Shown here: positions 25,498 to 39,060 of the stretch, piece after piece
Numbering within the stretch: the stretch's first letter is position 1
How the letters are laid out: each line of letters starts with the position of its first letter
Origin: Escherichia coli
GTDB lineage: Bacteria > Pseudomonadota > Gammaproteobacteria > Enterobacterales > Enterobacteriaceae
DNA length: 64,000 nucleotides
Assembly (NCBI RefSeq): GCF_044324875.1
Contig: NZ_CP172185.1
Strand: one strand, 5' to 3'
Notes under the pieces: generated by a model
What the model saw: only the letters and a program-made list of their open reading frames with translations
The model's database searches: none
What the model was told of the DNA's origin: nothing
Program-made: the position numbers and the translations under genes

Positions 25498-28254
25498 TTA
25501 CCCGAGAATTTTGCTGGCTTCGCGCGCGACATTATCCATCTCGTCCAACAGTTCCAGCAGCTCCGGCTCCAAATCTTCTTCTTTAGTACCGCTACGTAGC
25601 TGTTGTTCGATCAGCTGGCAGAGATTCTTCATACGCGGCACACCGCTATAGCCGCAACTGCCATGCAGTTTATGAATCAAATCAACCAGGCCTTCCGGGT
25701 TTTCTCCAACCAGCTGTTCCTCAACTTTGTTGCGAACTTCAGGCAGGAAATCGAGTAACATTTGCAGCATATCGCGCGCTAAATCGGTTTTTCCTGCTGC
25801 CTGGCGTAGTGCCAGTTGCCAGTCGAGGGTCGCATTCGGGTTCACCACAATTTCGTTGACTTCGGGCGTCACGACGCGAGACGAAATACCGCTGCCAGGC
25901 TTGTAGCGCAACAACAAATTATGCAATCGCTCTTCTTCAATCGGTTTCGCCAGATAATCGCTCATCCCTGCGCCAAGCAGCTTCTCTTTTTGCCCGGCCA
26001 TTGCATGCGCCGTTACCGCGATAACTGGCGTTTGTTGCTGATGGGGGAGCTGGTGGATGAGTTCGCAGGCCCGAATGCCGTCCATGTCCGGCATTTGAAT
26101 ATCCATTAAGATCAAATCGAACGGCATCTGTTTCGCCCGTTCAACCGCCTGATGCCCGCTATCGCAAAGTTCCACATGTTGCACCATATCTTCCAGCAAT
26201 GCGCCGATAAGTTTCAGGTTAGCGGGGTTGTCATCAACCGCCATGACTGTCATTGCCAGCTTACTTTCATCGGTTACAGGCAAAAGCGTGTTTTGTTTGT
26301 GATGACAAAATTCCGTCAGGGCAGGTAACAGGCGCGTAGGTGTTAATGGTTTCAGCAGACACGCGCCGATACCATCTTGCTTAAGTTTTTCAGCATTGAC
26401 TTGTGCATGGCAAGGAAGTGCCAGCATCAGGAAATCGGTCATCGATACCGCTTTCGCTAATCGCTCATGTTGCATTGTTAGCGGCTCGCGGAAGGTCACC
26501 GCAATGCCTAATAACATCATGTCGTAATGCGCGGGAGGCAGCGCGGAGAACGTTGGGCTATAAACCACTTCCAGCGGCGTTTCACTTAAAATATCCAGCG
26601 TGCATTGCGCTGCTGCGGAGTTTGGTTCGACATAGGCCAGGCGCTTGCCGGCGAGGCACTGGGTGGATGGCCCTTCGATAATAATGTTCGGGTTCAGATC
26701 GAGATTAATGTGGAACCAGAAAGTTGAACCGCGATTCGGCTGGCTATGGAACGAAATATCGCCGCCCATTTCATTAACCAGTTTTTGTGTAATCACCAGC
26801 CCCAGCCCGGTGCCACCATGACGGCGGGAAATACTGGCATCAGCCTGTCGGAAGGCCTGGAATAAGCGCGATTGATCGCGTTCAGGAATACCAATGCCGG
26901 TATCCCGAATCTGCACTTCAATCTGCACTTTAGTATTACTCAGCGCACGTTTTTCTACCAGAATATCAATGTTGCCATTCTCGGTGAATTTAATTGCATT
27001 CCCTACCAGGTTAGTGATGATTTGCTGTAATCGCAGTGGGTCGCCAATTACGTTATCGGGCACGTCGCTCTTAATATTGAGCGTCAGTTCCAGCCCTTTA
27101 TCGTGAGAAGAATGTGCCAGCAGGGTAACGACTTCATCCAGCGTGCTGCGTAGTGGGAATGGAATACTTTCCAGAATCAGCTTACCTGCTTCCAGTTTCG
27201 AGAAGTCGAGAACATCATTAATAATTGCCAGCAAATTATTTGCCGAACGTTCAATCGTATTCAGGTGATCGCGCTGCGTTGGTGTTAATTCTGTTTTCAG
27301 CGTCAGGCGGGTAAAGCCAATAACACCATTCAGTGGTGTACGCAGCTCGTGTGACATATTTGCCAAAAACTCGGATTTAATACGCGCCGCTTCCTGGGCG
27401 CGCTTTTTCGCCAGATCCAACTCAACGTTCTGAATTTCCATCTGCTCCAGCGTTTCACGCAGATCGGACGTCGCCTGGTCGATATTGTGCTGCATCTCTT
27501 CGTGATAAGCAGCCAGCGACATTGCCATCGAGTTGATACCGTTTTTCAGCATATCCAGCTCGCCGAGCATAAATCCTTCCACCCGGCTGTCGAGTTGCCC
27601 GCGACGGATGCGGTCGACGGTATTCACCATGTTGCGAATCGGACCGGTTACATCGCGCATTAAGCGCCAGCCAAAAATAAGCGCAATACCGATACAAAAC
27701 AGCATCATCACGCTGGAAATAAAGATCTCTTTATATTGCTGCAAGCGAACCGATTTAAGATCCAGCTCCAGCGCAATATATCCCAGCATATTTTGACTAT
27801 TTTTGGCATCGCTACTGGGCGATTCGTCGGGGGAGTAACTCTCAGAAATAATCGGCGTGCGGAGGATCATAATATCGCCGTCACGAGTGACAGTGAGCTG
27901 GCGAGGAAACGGCACGTTGCTGCCGAGCTGCATTGATGAAGGATCAAGATGAAAATTGGAGGTGACAAAGAGTCGGTTATTTTCATCATAAACCGAAATC
28001 GCGCGAACAATATCGGAATGGCGACGATGCAGTACGCTTATTAACTGACCGATAGATTCGCGATTTTGCAGGCTCATGCCATATTCAGTAGAAACTGCAA
28101 GCGGCTCAATAATGCTGGCTCCGGCATCTTCCAGTTGACGCTGCAAGTCGTTATAGCGATGCACAACGAAAAAGATACTCAGCAATAAACCAATAAGGAC
28201 GGTCGGTGCCAGGATCAGAATCATCATGCGTGCGCGCAGGCTGTAGTTGGTCAT
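25498..28254 (-). CDS. barA: Tripartite hybrid sensor histidine kinase BarA
   Basis: 918-aa ORF with two N-terminal TM segments, HAMP, an H-box ([10 protein letters not shown]), HATPase, a receiver ([14 protein letters not shown]) and a C-terminal Hpt domain. Confidence 0.95.
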
Positions 28255-28310
28255 GGAGTTCCGTTATGGGACAATTAAGGTCACACTGTTAAATTGAGAA
28301 AGTCTCGCCA

Positions 28311-29612
28311 ATGGCGCAATTCTACTCTGCAAAACGACGCACGACGACGCGTCAGATCATAACTGTTTCAGTCAACGACCTCGACTCTTTTGGTCAGGGC
28401 GTGGCGCGACATAACGGCAAAGCGTTATTTATTCCTGGATTACTGCCACAGGAAAACGCGGAAGTTACTGTTACTGAAGATAAAAAACAGTATGCCCGCG
28501 CTAAAGTCGTGCGCCGGTTAAGCGATAGCCCGGAACGCGAAACGCCACGCTGCCCTCATTTTGGCGTATGCGGTGGCTGTCAGCAACAACACGCCAGCGT
28601 GGATTTACAGCAGCGAAGCAAAAGTGCGGCACTCGCCCGATTAATGAAACACGAAGTCTCTGAAGTGATCGCCGATGTTCCCTGGGGCTATCGCCGTCGC
28701 GCGCGTTTAAGTTTGAACTACTTACCGAAAACACAGCAACTTCAGATGGGGTTTCGCAAAGCGGGCTCCAGTGACATTGTCGACGTTAAACAATGCCCCA
28801 TTTTAGTGCCCCAACTTGAAGCATTGCTGCCCAAAGTCAGGGCATGCCTGGACAGCTTACAAGCTATGCGCCATCTTGGTCATGTTGAACTGGTACAGGC
28901 AACCAGCGGCACGCTGATGATTTTGCGCCATACCGCACCGCTAAGTTCGGCTGATCGCGAAAAACTGGAACGCTTTTCGCATTCTGAAGGCCTGGATCTG
29001 TATCTCGCCCCCGATAGTGAGATACTCGAAACCGTCGCTGGTGAGATGCCCTGGTATGACTCAAACAGGTTGCGCTTAACTTTTAGCCCGCGCGATTTTA
29101 TTCAGGTCAATGCGGGTGTGAACCAAAAAATGGTAGCGCGTGCGTTGGAATGGCTGGATGTGCAACCTGAAGATCGCGTACTGGATTTGTTCTGCGGTAT
29201 GGGCAACTTTACACTGCCATTAGCGACACAAGCTGCCAGTGTGGTGGGTGTAGAAGGTGTTCCGGCGCTGGTGGAAAAAGGCCAGCAGAATGCGCGTCTT
29301 AATGGCTTACACAATGTGACGTTTTATCACGAAAATCTTGAAGAAGATGTCACAAAGCAGCCGTGGGCGAAAAACGGCTTCGATAAAGTGTTGCTGGACC
29401 CGGCGCGAGCAGGTGCCGCAGGTGTTATGCAGCAAATTATAAAACTGGAACCTATTCGTATAGTTTATGTATCCTGTAACCCTGCAACGCTGGCTCGGGA
29501 TAGCGAAGCGTTATTAAAAGCAGGATATACCATTGCGCGACTGGCGATGCTGGATATGTTCCCACACACGGGACATCTGGAATCGATGGTACTTTTCTCG
29601 CGCGTTAAATAG
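28311..29612 (+). CDS. rlmD: 23S rRNA (uracil1939-C5)-methyltransferase RlmD (RumA)
   Basis: 433-aa ORF with a TRAM domain, a 4Fe-4S Cys cluster ([11 protein letters not shown]) and a SAM MTase domain. Confidence 0.9.
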   Translation: MAQFYSAKRRTTTRQIITVSVNDLDSFGQGVARHNGKALFIPGLLPQENAEVTVTEDKKQYARAKVVRRLSDSPERETPRCPHFGVCGGCQQQHASVDLQQRSKSAALARLMKHEVSEVIADVPWGYRRRARLSLNYLPKTQQLQMGFRKAGSSDIVDVKQCPILVPQLEALLPKVRACLDSLQAMRHLGHVELVQATSGTLMILRHTAPLSSADREKLERFSHSEGLDLYLAPDSEILETVAGEMPWYDSNRLRLTFSPRDFIQVNAGVNQKMVARALEWLDVQPEDRVLDLFCGMGNFTLPLATQAASVVGVEGVPALVEKGQQNARLNGLHNVTFYHENLEEDVTKQPWAKNGFDKVLLDPARAGAAGVMQQIIKLEPIRIVYVSCNPATLARDSEALLKAGYTIARLAMLDMFPHTGHLESMVLFSRVK

Positions 29613-29659
29613 TTGCGATTTGCCGATTTCGGCAGGTCTGGTCCCTAAAGGAGAGGACG

Positions 29660-31894
29660 ATGGTTGCGGTAAGAAGTGCACATATCAATAAGGCTGGTGA
29701 ATTTGATCCGGAAAAATGGATCGCAAGTCTGGGTATTACCAGCCAGAAGTCGTGTGAGTGCTTAGCCGAAACCTGGGCGTATTGTCTGCAACAGACGCAG
29801 GGGCATCCGGATGCCAGTCTGTTATTGTGGCGTGGTGTTGAGATGGTGGAGATCCTCTCGACATTAAGTATGGACATTGACACGCTGCGGGCGGCGCTGC
29901 TGTTCCCTCTGGCGGATGCCAACGTAGTCAGCGAAGATGTGCTGCGTGAGAGCGTCGGTAAGTCGGTCGTTAACCTTATTCACGGCGTGCGTGATATGGC
30001 GGCGATCCGCCAGCTGAAAGCGACGCATACCGATTCTGTTTCCTCCGAACAGGTCGATAACGTTCGCCGGATGTTATTGGCGATGGTCGATGATTTTCGC
30101 TGCGTGGTCATCAAACTGGCAGAGCGTATTGCTCATCTGCGCGAAGTAAAAGACGCGCCGGAAGATGAACGCGTACTGGCGGCAAAAGAGTGCACCAATA
30201 TCTACGCGCCGTTGGCGAACCGTCTTGGGATTGGACAACTGAAATGGGAGCTGGAAGATTACTGCTTCCGTTATCTCCACCCGACCGAATACAAACGCAT
30301 CGCAAAACTGCTGCATGAACGCCGTCTCGACCGCGAACACTATATCGAAGAGTTTGTCGGCCATCTGCGCGCTGAGATGAAAGCTGAAGGCGTTAAAGCT
30401 GAAGTGTATGGTCGTCCGAAACACATCTACAGCATCTGGCGCAAAATGCAGAAAAAGAACCTCGCCTTCGATGAGCTGTTTGATGTGCGTGCGGTACGTA
30501 TTGTCGCCGAGCGTTTACAGGATTGTTATGCCGCACTGGGGATAGTGCACACTCACTATCGCCACCTGCCGGATGAGTTTGACGATTACGTCGCTAACCC
30601 GAAACCAAACGGTTATCAGTCTATTCATACCGTGGTTCTGGGACCAGGTGGCAAAACCGTTGAGATCCAAATCCGCACTAAACAGATGCATGAAGATGCA
30701 GAGTTGGGTGTTGCTGCGCACTGGAAATATAAAGAGGGCGCGGCAGCTGGCGGCGCACGTTCGGGACATGAAGACCGGATTGCCTGGCTGCGTAAACTGA
30801 TTGCGTGGCAGGAAGAGATGGCTGATTCCGGCGAAATGCTCGACGAAGTACGCAGCCAGGTATTTGACGACCGGGTGTATGTCTTTACGCCGAAAGGTGA
30901 TGTCATTGATTTGCCTGCGGGATCAACACCGCTGGACTTCGCTTACCACATCCACAGTGATGTCGGACACCGCTGCATCGGGGCAAAAATTGGCGGGCGC
31001 ATTGTGCCGTTCACCTACCAGCTGCAGATGGGCGACCAGATTGAAATTATCACCCAGAAACAGCCGAACCCCAGCCGTGACTGGTTAAACCCAAACCTCG
31101 GTTACGTCACAACCAGCCGTGGGCGTTCGAAAATTCACGCCTGGTTCCGTAAACAGGACCGTGACAAAAACGTTCTGGCTGGGCGGCAAATCCTTGACGA
31201 CGAGCTGGAACATCTGGGGATCAGCCTGAAAGAAGCAGAAAAACATCTGCTGCCGCGTTACAACTTCAATGATGTCGACGAGTTGCTGGCGGCGATTGGT
31301 GGCGGGGATATCCGTCTCAATCAGATGGTGAACTTCCTGCAATCGCAATTTAATAAGCCGAGTGCCGAAGAGCAGGACGCCGCCGCGCTGAAGCAACTTC
31401 AGCAAAAAAGCTACACGCCGCAAAACCGCAGTAAAGATAACGGTCGTGTGGTGGTTGAAGGTGTCGGTAACCTGATGCACCACATCGCGCGCTGCTGCCA
31501 GCCGATTCCTGGAGATGAGATTGTCGGCTTCATTACCCAGGGACGCGGTATTTCAGTACACCGCGCCGATTGCGAACAACTGGCGGAACTGCGCTCCCAT
31601 GCGCCAGAACGCATTGTTGACGCGGTATGGGGTGAGAGCTACTCCGCCGGATATTCGCTGGTGGTCCGCGTGGTGGCTAATGATCGTAGTGGGTTGTTAC
31701 GTGATATCACGACCATTCTTGCCAACGAGAAGGTGAACGTACTTGGCGTTGCCAGCCGTAGCGACACCAAACAGCAACTGGCGACCATCGACATGACCAT
31801 TGAGATTTACAACCTGCAAGTGCTGGGGCGCGTGCTGGGTAAACTCAACCAGGTGCCGGATGTTATCGACGCGCGTCGGTTGCACGGGAGTTAG
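29660..31894 (+). CDS. relA: GTP pyrophosphokinase ((p)ppGpp synthetase I) RelA
   Basis: 744-aa ORF of the RelA/SpoT family with TGS and ACT regions. Confidence 0.95.
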   Translation: MVAVRSAHINKAGEFDPEKWIASLGITSQKSCECLAETWAYCLQQTQGHPDASLLLWRGVEMVEILSTLSMDIDTLRAALLFPLADANVVSEDVLRESVGKSVVNLIHGVRDMAAIRQLKATHTDSVSSEQVDNVRRMLLAMVDDFRCVVIKLAERIAHLREVKDAPEDERVLAAKECTNIYAPLANRLGIGQLKWELEDYCFRYLHPTEYKRIAKLLHERRLDREHYIEEFVGHLRAEMKAEGVKAEVYGRPKHIYSIWRKMQKKNLAFDELFDVRAVRIVAERLQDCYAALGIVHTHYRHLPDEFDDYVANPKPNGYQSIHTVVLGPGGKTVEIQIRTKQMHEDAELGVAAHWKYKEGAAAGGARSGHEDRIAWLRKLIAWQEEMADSGEMLDEVRSQVFDDRVYVFTPKGDVIDLPAGSTPLDFAYHIHSDVGHRCIGAKIGGRIVPFTYQLQMGDQIEIITQKQPNPSRDWLNPNLGYVTTSRGRSKIHAWFRKQDRDKNVLAGRQILDDELEHLGISLKEAEKHLLPRYNFNDVDELLAAIGGGDIRLNQMVNFLQSQFNKPSAEEQDAAALKQLQQKSYTPQNRSKDNGRVVVEGVGNLMHHIARCCQPIPGDEIVGFITQGRGISVHRADCEQLAELRSHAPERIVDAVWGESYSAGYSLVVRVVANDRSGLLRDITTILANEKVNVLGVASRSDTKQQLATIDMTIEIYNLQVLGRVLGKLNQVPDVIDARRLHGS

Positions 31895-31989
31895 TCTTAC
31901 ATAGCTGGATATGGCGTCAGCCGTATCCAGCGATATCTTTTACTCGAAGGTATTACACCTGACAGACCCGCAATTTTCAGGACAATTCA

Positions 31990-32781
31990 ATGAATCAAAT
32001 CGACCGTTTGCTCACTATTATGCAGCGCCTGCGCGACCCGGAAAACGGCTGCCCGTGGGATAAAGAGCAGACATTTGCCACCATTGCGCCTTACACCCTT
32101 GAAGAAACCTACGAAGTGCTGGACGCCATCGCCCGTGAAGATTTTGACGATCTTCGCGGTGAACTGGGCGATCTGCTATTCCAGGTGGTGTTTTACGCGC
32201 AAATGGCTCAGGAAGAAGGGCGCTTTGACTTTAATGATATTTGCGCTGCTATTAGCGATAAATTAGAGCGTCGCCATCCGCATGTTTTTGCTGACAGTTC
32301 TGCCGAAAACAGTAGTGAAGTGCTTACCCGTTGGGAGCAAATCAAAACCGAAGAGCGCGCGCAGAAAGCGCAGCATTCAGCGCTGGACGATATTCCTCGT
32401 AGTTTACCGGCTTTAATGCGTGCGCAAAAAATCCAGAAACGTTGCGCCAACGTTGGTTTCGACTGGACGACGCTTGGTCCGGTAGTCGATAAAGTCTACG
32501 AAGAGATCGACGAGGTGATGTACGAGGCGCGGCAGGCTGTTATCGACCAGGCTAAACTGGAGGAGGAAATGGGTGACCTGCTGTTTGCCACGGTCAACAT
32601 GGCACGCCATTTAGGGACAAAAGCAGAGATTGCACTACAAAAAGCCAATGAAAAATTCGAGCGCCGTTTTCGCGAAGTGGAGCGTATTGTTGCCGCGCGT
32701 GGACTGGAAATGACAGGTGTTGACCTCGAAACAATGGAAGAAGTCTGGCAACAGGTAAAACGGCAGGAAATTGATCTCTAA
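31990..32781 (+). CDS. mazG: Nucleoside triphosphate pyrophosphohydrolase MazG
   Basis: 263-aa ORF with tandem MazG domains. It starts only 95 nt after the relA stop. Confidence 0.9.
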   Translation: MNQIDRLLTIMQRLRDPENGCPWDKEQTFATIAPYTLEETYEVLDAIAREDFDDLRGELGDLLFQVVFYAQMAQEEGRFDFNDICAAISDKLERRHPHVFADSSAENSSEVLTRWEQIKTEERAQKAQHSALDDIPRSLPALMRAQKIQKRCANVGFDWTTLGPVVDKVYEEIDEVMYEARQAVIDQAKLEEEMGDLLFATVNMARHLGTKAEIALQKANEKFERRFREVERIVAARGLEMTGVDLETMEEVWQQVKRQEIDL

Positions 32782-32993
32782 GGGAATTACGTGGTCAAGC
32801 GCGATTTGTGTCATTTTTTAAATGACAAGCGCTTGATTTGCGTCAAAAACATTTACCCCAAAGGGGCTATTTTCTCACTCCTGATTTCAATAGTGCGCTG
32901 GCGAAGAGGAGGGATAATGAAAGTTTGTGGCACAGGTCATGTTCGGGTATACTGCTTTCCCGTCCTGGTTATTCCATCGTCTTTTCAACCTAA

Positions 32994-34646
<1,653 letters not shown>

Positions 34647-34664
34647 GTAAAAAAGTTAGAACGG

Positions 34665-34694
34665 CAACGCGTACCCTGGGTACGCGTTGTTTGT
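34665..34694 (+). terminator. Hairpin / partial terminator between pyrG and eno
   Basis: Near-perfect palindrome caacgcgtaccc-t-gggtacgcgttg followed by tttgt. Confidence 0.5.
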
Positions 34695-34718
34695 CTGGAG
34701 TTTCAGTTTAACTAGTGA

Positions 34719-36032
<1,314 letters not shown>

Positions 36033-36050
36033 GTCTGACTTTATCTGATT

Positions 36051-36082
36051 AAAAAATGCCAGCCTTCGGGCTGGCATTTTTT
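36051..36082. terminator. Bidirectional intrinsic terminator between eno (+) and ygcG (-)
   Basis: aaaaaatgccagcc-ttcg-ggctggcatttttt. The hairpin is flanked by an A-run and a T-run. Confidence 0.85.
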
Positions 36083-36091
36083 ATGGTTGAG

Positions 36092-36985
36092 TTACCAGCG
36101 ACCGGACGCGCCGCCACCGCCAGAAGAACCGCCCCCGCCGCTAAATCCGCCGCCACTTGAGCCGCCACCGGAAGAGGATGAAGAAGAACCTTTTCTTGAA
36201 GCTCTTTCTTTACTGAGTTTTTTGTATTTGGCGCGTAGCTTTTTATTAACGATAAGCCAAAAAATAACCAGTGGTACGATAGCAAAAGGCGTGAGCATAC
36301 CGCAGGCAACGATTAAATTCGTCCATGGTCCTGGCTCGGCAACATAGAGGAATACCATCCCATAAATTCCGCCAGTCAGTGCTATCCAGGGTAAATTCGA
36401 CGGATCGGTAAAAACAATAAAATATGAAAGTACCGCCAGCAATATAATTACAGCAAGCGATAATGGAATAGGGGGATTGATACTGTAATAATCCCCCCTG
36501 TCTTCCGGTAATTCACCATTCAACAGAAGCGCTCCGATATTTTCGCTTGCCAGTGTTAACCCACCCATCAAGTCATCACTTTTGAAGGCTGGGATTAATA
36601 TATTACGGATAATCTTCGCTGCTTGCAGATCGGTAACCACCCCTTCCAGCCCGTAGCCCACTTCTATACGGACAGCATGATCTTCCCAGGCAACCAGCAG
36701 TAAAATACCATCGTTTCGCTGCTTATCTCCCAGTTTCCAGCTATCAAAAACGCGTGTTGCATATTGTTCAATGGTATCGTCTCCGGTGGATGGCACTATT
36801 AATACGGCGACCTGGGCCCGTGTTTTTTGTGTGATATCCTGCAGCTGTTGTGTCAGTGATTGTTGTTCAGACGTGCTTAACGTACCAGTAATATCGGTCA
36901 CCTGTTGGCGCAGCTCCGGCACAGCAATTTGCTGGGCAAGCCCAGGAAGGCACCATAAAGTAAGTAGAAAAAAGATTAAGCGCAT
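36092..36985 (-). CDS. ygcG: TPM-domain membrane protein (YgcG family), paralog 3
   Basis: 297 aa. Signal peptide MRLIFFLLTLWCLPGLAQ, then a TPM (TLP18.3/Psb32/MOLO-1-like) domain with TIEQYATRVFDSWK...LLLVAW.DH.VRIE.GYGLEG. About three TM helices follow, then a basic stretch and an S/G-rich tail ending GGGGASGRW. Orthology to K-12 ygcG is inferred only from its position next to eno. Confidence 0.75.
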   Translation of the reverse strand: MRLIFFLLTLWCLPGLAQQIAVPELRQQVTDITGTLSTSEQQSLTQQLQDITQKTRAQVAVLIVPSTGDDTIEQYATRVFDSWKLGDKQRNDGILLLVAWEDHAVRIEVGYGLEGVVTDLQAAKIIRNILIPAFKSDDLMGGLTLASENIGALLLNGELPEDRGDYYSINPPIPLSLAVIILLAVLSYFIVFTDPSNLPWIALTGGIYGMVFLYVAEPGPWTNLIVACGMLTPFAIVPLVIFWLIVNKKLRAKYKKLSKERASRKGSSSSSSGGGSSGGGFSGGGGSSGGGGASGRW

Positions 36986-36990
36986 AATGA

Positions 36991-38139
36991 TTACCAGCGT
37001 CCGGATGAACCGCCGCCTCCTGAAGAACCACCACCACCGCGGAAAGAATTTCTCGACGAAGAGCGAGAATGAGCATTACGATTCCCCGTTTTCCTGTTGC
37101 TTTTTTCTCCTGACCCCAGTTTAAGATTGCCAGTAAATTTGGCCACAATGATCAGCAGAACTATGCCAGCAATGGTTATTGGGCCGATAAAATGATCAAT
37201 TAGCCCAATAATTGTTGAGATGAATGCAATATCTTTATTACTGGCGAACACCAGGCACCATCCCACAATAATTATCAGCATCACGACAAACAATGAATTT
37301 CGTCCTGATTCACGAACCTGCGGAGTCTTCTTTTGTTTTTTCACTTTAGTGTTTTTATTTTTGGGGGCCAGCATCATAGGAAATGCGCGGCACATATTAA
37401 AAACTACCGCGAGACGCTGCCAGCAGGTTGTTGCTAACAATAAACTAAAACAAACGACCGATACCCGCCGAATGATGACATCGTCCTGAAAGGAGAAAAA
37501 CCAGACCATAGGGGTAATCATCGATATCATCCATATGCCACGCCCTGGGCGGCTGGCAAATCGCCAGAGGACAACGATGGCAACGATCATCAGCAGTGTC
37601 CAGGCAAGACAAGGCAGCGAACGTTGCGGATTAGCAAACAGATGATTGGCTAAAGCATCCAAAGGGCTAAGGTTCGCTTTGATATGGGTAAACTGTGCGA
37701 TGCTTTCAATTCCGCCCGTTAATCCAGCAAAGAGATTGTTTTTTTCGAATTCTGGCTGCATATGGTAACGAACAATTTGCGCAGCTTGTTCCGGCGGCAA
37801 CATCTGTTCCAGTCCATGTCCAATCTTCATTGACGCCAGCCCTTCCGGCCATACGACGAGAATTAAGATACCTTCGCCATATCGCTTCTCTCCAACGGGT
37901 TTCCAGTGATATACCCCGTATCTCTGCGAGGCTGCAAGTTTAATGTTTTTGCCCCCTGTGGTCGGCGTGACCAACACGGCCACCTGGAAGTGGTTTTGCT
38001 GCACGAGAGTCTGTAATTGTTGAGTTAAAGCAGTTTGTTCTTCTGTCGTTAATGTCCCGGTTAAGTCAGTTACTGAAGGCAATTGTTCAGCGAATACCTG
38101 AAAACCGCATAGCATCAGAAGTAAGAGAAAAATACGCAT
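36991..38139 (-). CDS. TPM-domain membrane protein, divergent paralog 2
   Basis: 382 aa. Signal peptide MRIFLLLLMLCGFQVFA, a more divergent TPM-like domain (DLTGTLTTEEQTALTQQLQ...ILILVVW), about five TM helices and a tail ending GGGGSSGGGGSSGRW. There is a 5-nt gap to the next gene. Confidence 0.7.
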   Translation of the reverse strand: MRIFLLLLMLCGFQVFAEQLPSVTDLTGTLTTEEQTALTQQLQTLVQQNHFQVAVLVTPTTGGKNIKLAASQRYGVYHWKPVGEKRYGEGILILVVWPEGLASMKIGHGLEQMLPPEQAAQIVRYHMQPEFEKNNLFAGLTGGIESIAQFTHIKANLSPLDALANHLFANPQRSLPCLAWTLLMIVAIVVLWRFASRPGRGIWMISMITPMVWFFSFQDDVIIRRVSVVCFSLLLATTCWQRLAVVFNMCRAFPMMLAPKNKNTKVKKQKKTPQVRESGRNSLFVVMLIIIVGWCLVFASNKDIAFISTIIGLIDHFIGPITIAGIVLLIIVAKFTGNLKLGSGEKSNRKTGNRNAHSRSSSRNSFRGGGGSSGGGGSSGRW

Positions 38140-38153
38140 ATCAATTCCTTTTG

Positions 38154-39047
38154 TTACCAGCGCCCGGAAGCGCCACCGCCACCAGATGAACCGCCACCAC
38201 CGCTGAAATTGTCATTGTTGAATGAAGAGGATGACGATGATGAATAGTGGGAGGAAGAATTGCTTCTTGTATGGCGTGATGGCTGGTTGGCATCACGCAT
38301 CGAATCCCGAACCTTTTTGCCGAAGGGGGTAAAAGCGATGGCGACAGCCAGGAACGGTGTGGCGAAGCAGAGTAATGTTGCGAGTACTCCCCAGCTTCCG
38401 CTGAAGCCTGCTATAGGTAAAACAAAGGCCAGTACAATAGCTGCGAAGCAAATTACTCCCAGCGTTTTGATATATCCTCTGGCAGAAATAAACGTCAGTA
38501 CTATCGCCCAGACTAACAAAGCCCACCAACCGCTAAAAGGCAAAGGGTGATCGGTCGGTGTTATCGTTGCTAAATTATTCCCCGTCAGACGACTTTCAAT
38601 ATCGCTGATTCCCTTTTGCAAACCACCAGCCAGGTCCCCTTTTTTAAATGCCGGAATAATACTGTTGCGAATAATTTTCCCGGACTGTGCATCCGTAATA
38701 ATACCTTCCAGTCCGTAACCGATTTCAATACGCACGGTATGATCCTGCCAGGCGACTAACAGTAGAACGCCATCATCGTGGTCTTTATCACCCGGTTTCC
38801 AGCTATCGAATACCCGCGTTGCGTACTGCTCGATGGTTTCATCGCCTGTTGTTTCAACCACTAACACGACCAACTGTGCGTTGTTTTTTTGCGTCAGGGC
38901 TTTAATCTGGTTGGTCAGGGTGTTTACTTCACTGTTTGTCAATGTGCCGGTTAAGTCATTCACATACCTGGGTGATTCAGGTACTGGAATTTGTGTGGCA
39001 AACACAGATGAACAGAAGAAAGCCATAAGGAAGATAAAATTTCGCAT
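38154..39047 (-). CDS. TPM-domain membrane protein, paralog 1
   Basis: The ORF track starts at 39077. The start is placed at the ATG at 39047 (MRNFIFLMAFFCSSVFA signal peptide), preceded by SD ggggaag. The TPM domain is very similar to paralog 3. TM helices follow, then a Ser-rich tail ending GGGGSSGGGGASGRW. Confidence 0.75.
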   Translation of the reverse strand: MRNFIFLMAFFCSSVFATQIPVPESPRYVNDLTGTLTNSEVNTLTNQIKALTQKNNAQLVVLVVETTGDETIEQYATRVFDSWKPGDKDHDDGVLLLVAWQDHTVRIEIGYGLEGIITDAQSGKIIRNSIIPAFKKGDLAGGLQKGISDIESRLTGNNLATITPTDHPLPFSGWWALLVWAIVLTFISARGYIKTLGVICFAAIVLAFVLPIAGFSGSWGVLATLLCFATPFLAVAIAFTPFGKKVRDSMRDANQPSRHTRSNSSSHYSSSSSSSFNNDNFSGGGGSSGGGGASGRW

Positions 39048-39060
39048 ATAACTTCCCCGC

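Noticed and set aside
25382-25651. ORFs of 89 and 70 aa (LTLSPEGRGD..., HPNPLPGGARG...)
   Set aside because: They arise from translation of the GC-rich intergenic palindromic units and then run antisense into barA. They are not genes.
32796-32845. Hairpin tcaagcgc...tgtcatttttt aaatgaca...gcgcttga after mazG, considered as a possible relic of a mobile or TA element
   Set aside because: It sits directly after the mazG stop and is followed by a T-rich stretch. The simplest reading is the mazG transcription terminator upstream of the pyrG promoter region.
36087-36347. 86-aa proline-rich plus-strand ORF (PPPPEEPPPPLNPPPLEPPPEE)
   Set aside because: It is the reverse-complement reading of the Gly/Ser-rich tail of the TPM protein at 36092-36985. 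Similar artefacts occur opposite the other two tails.
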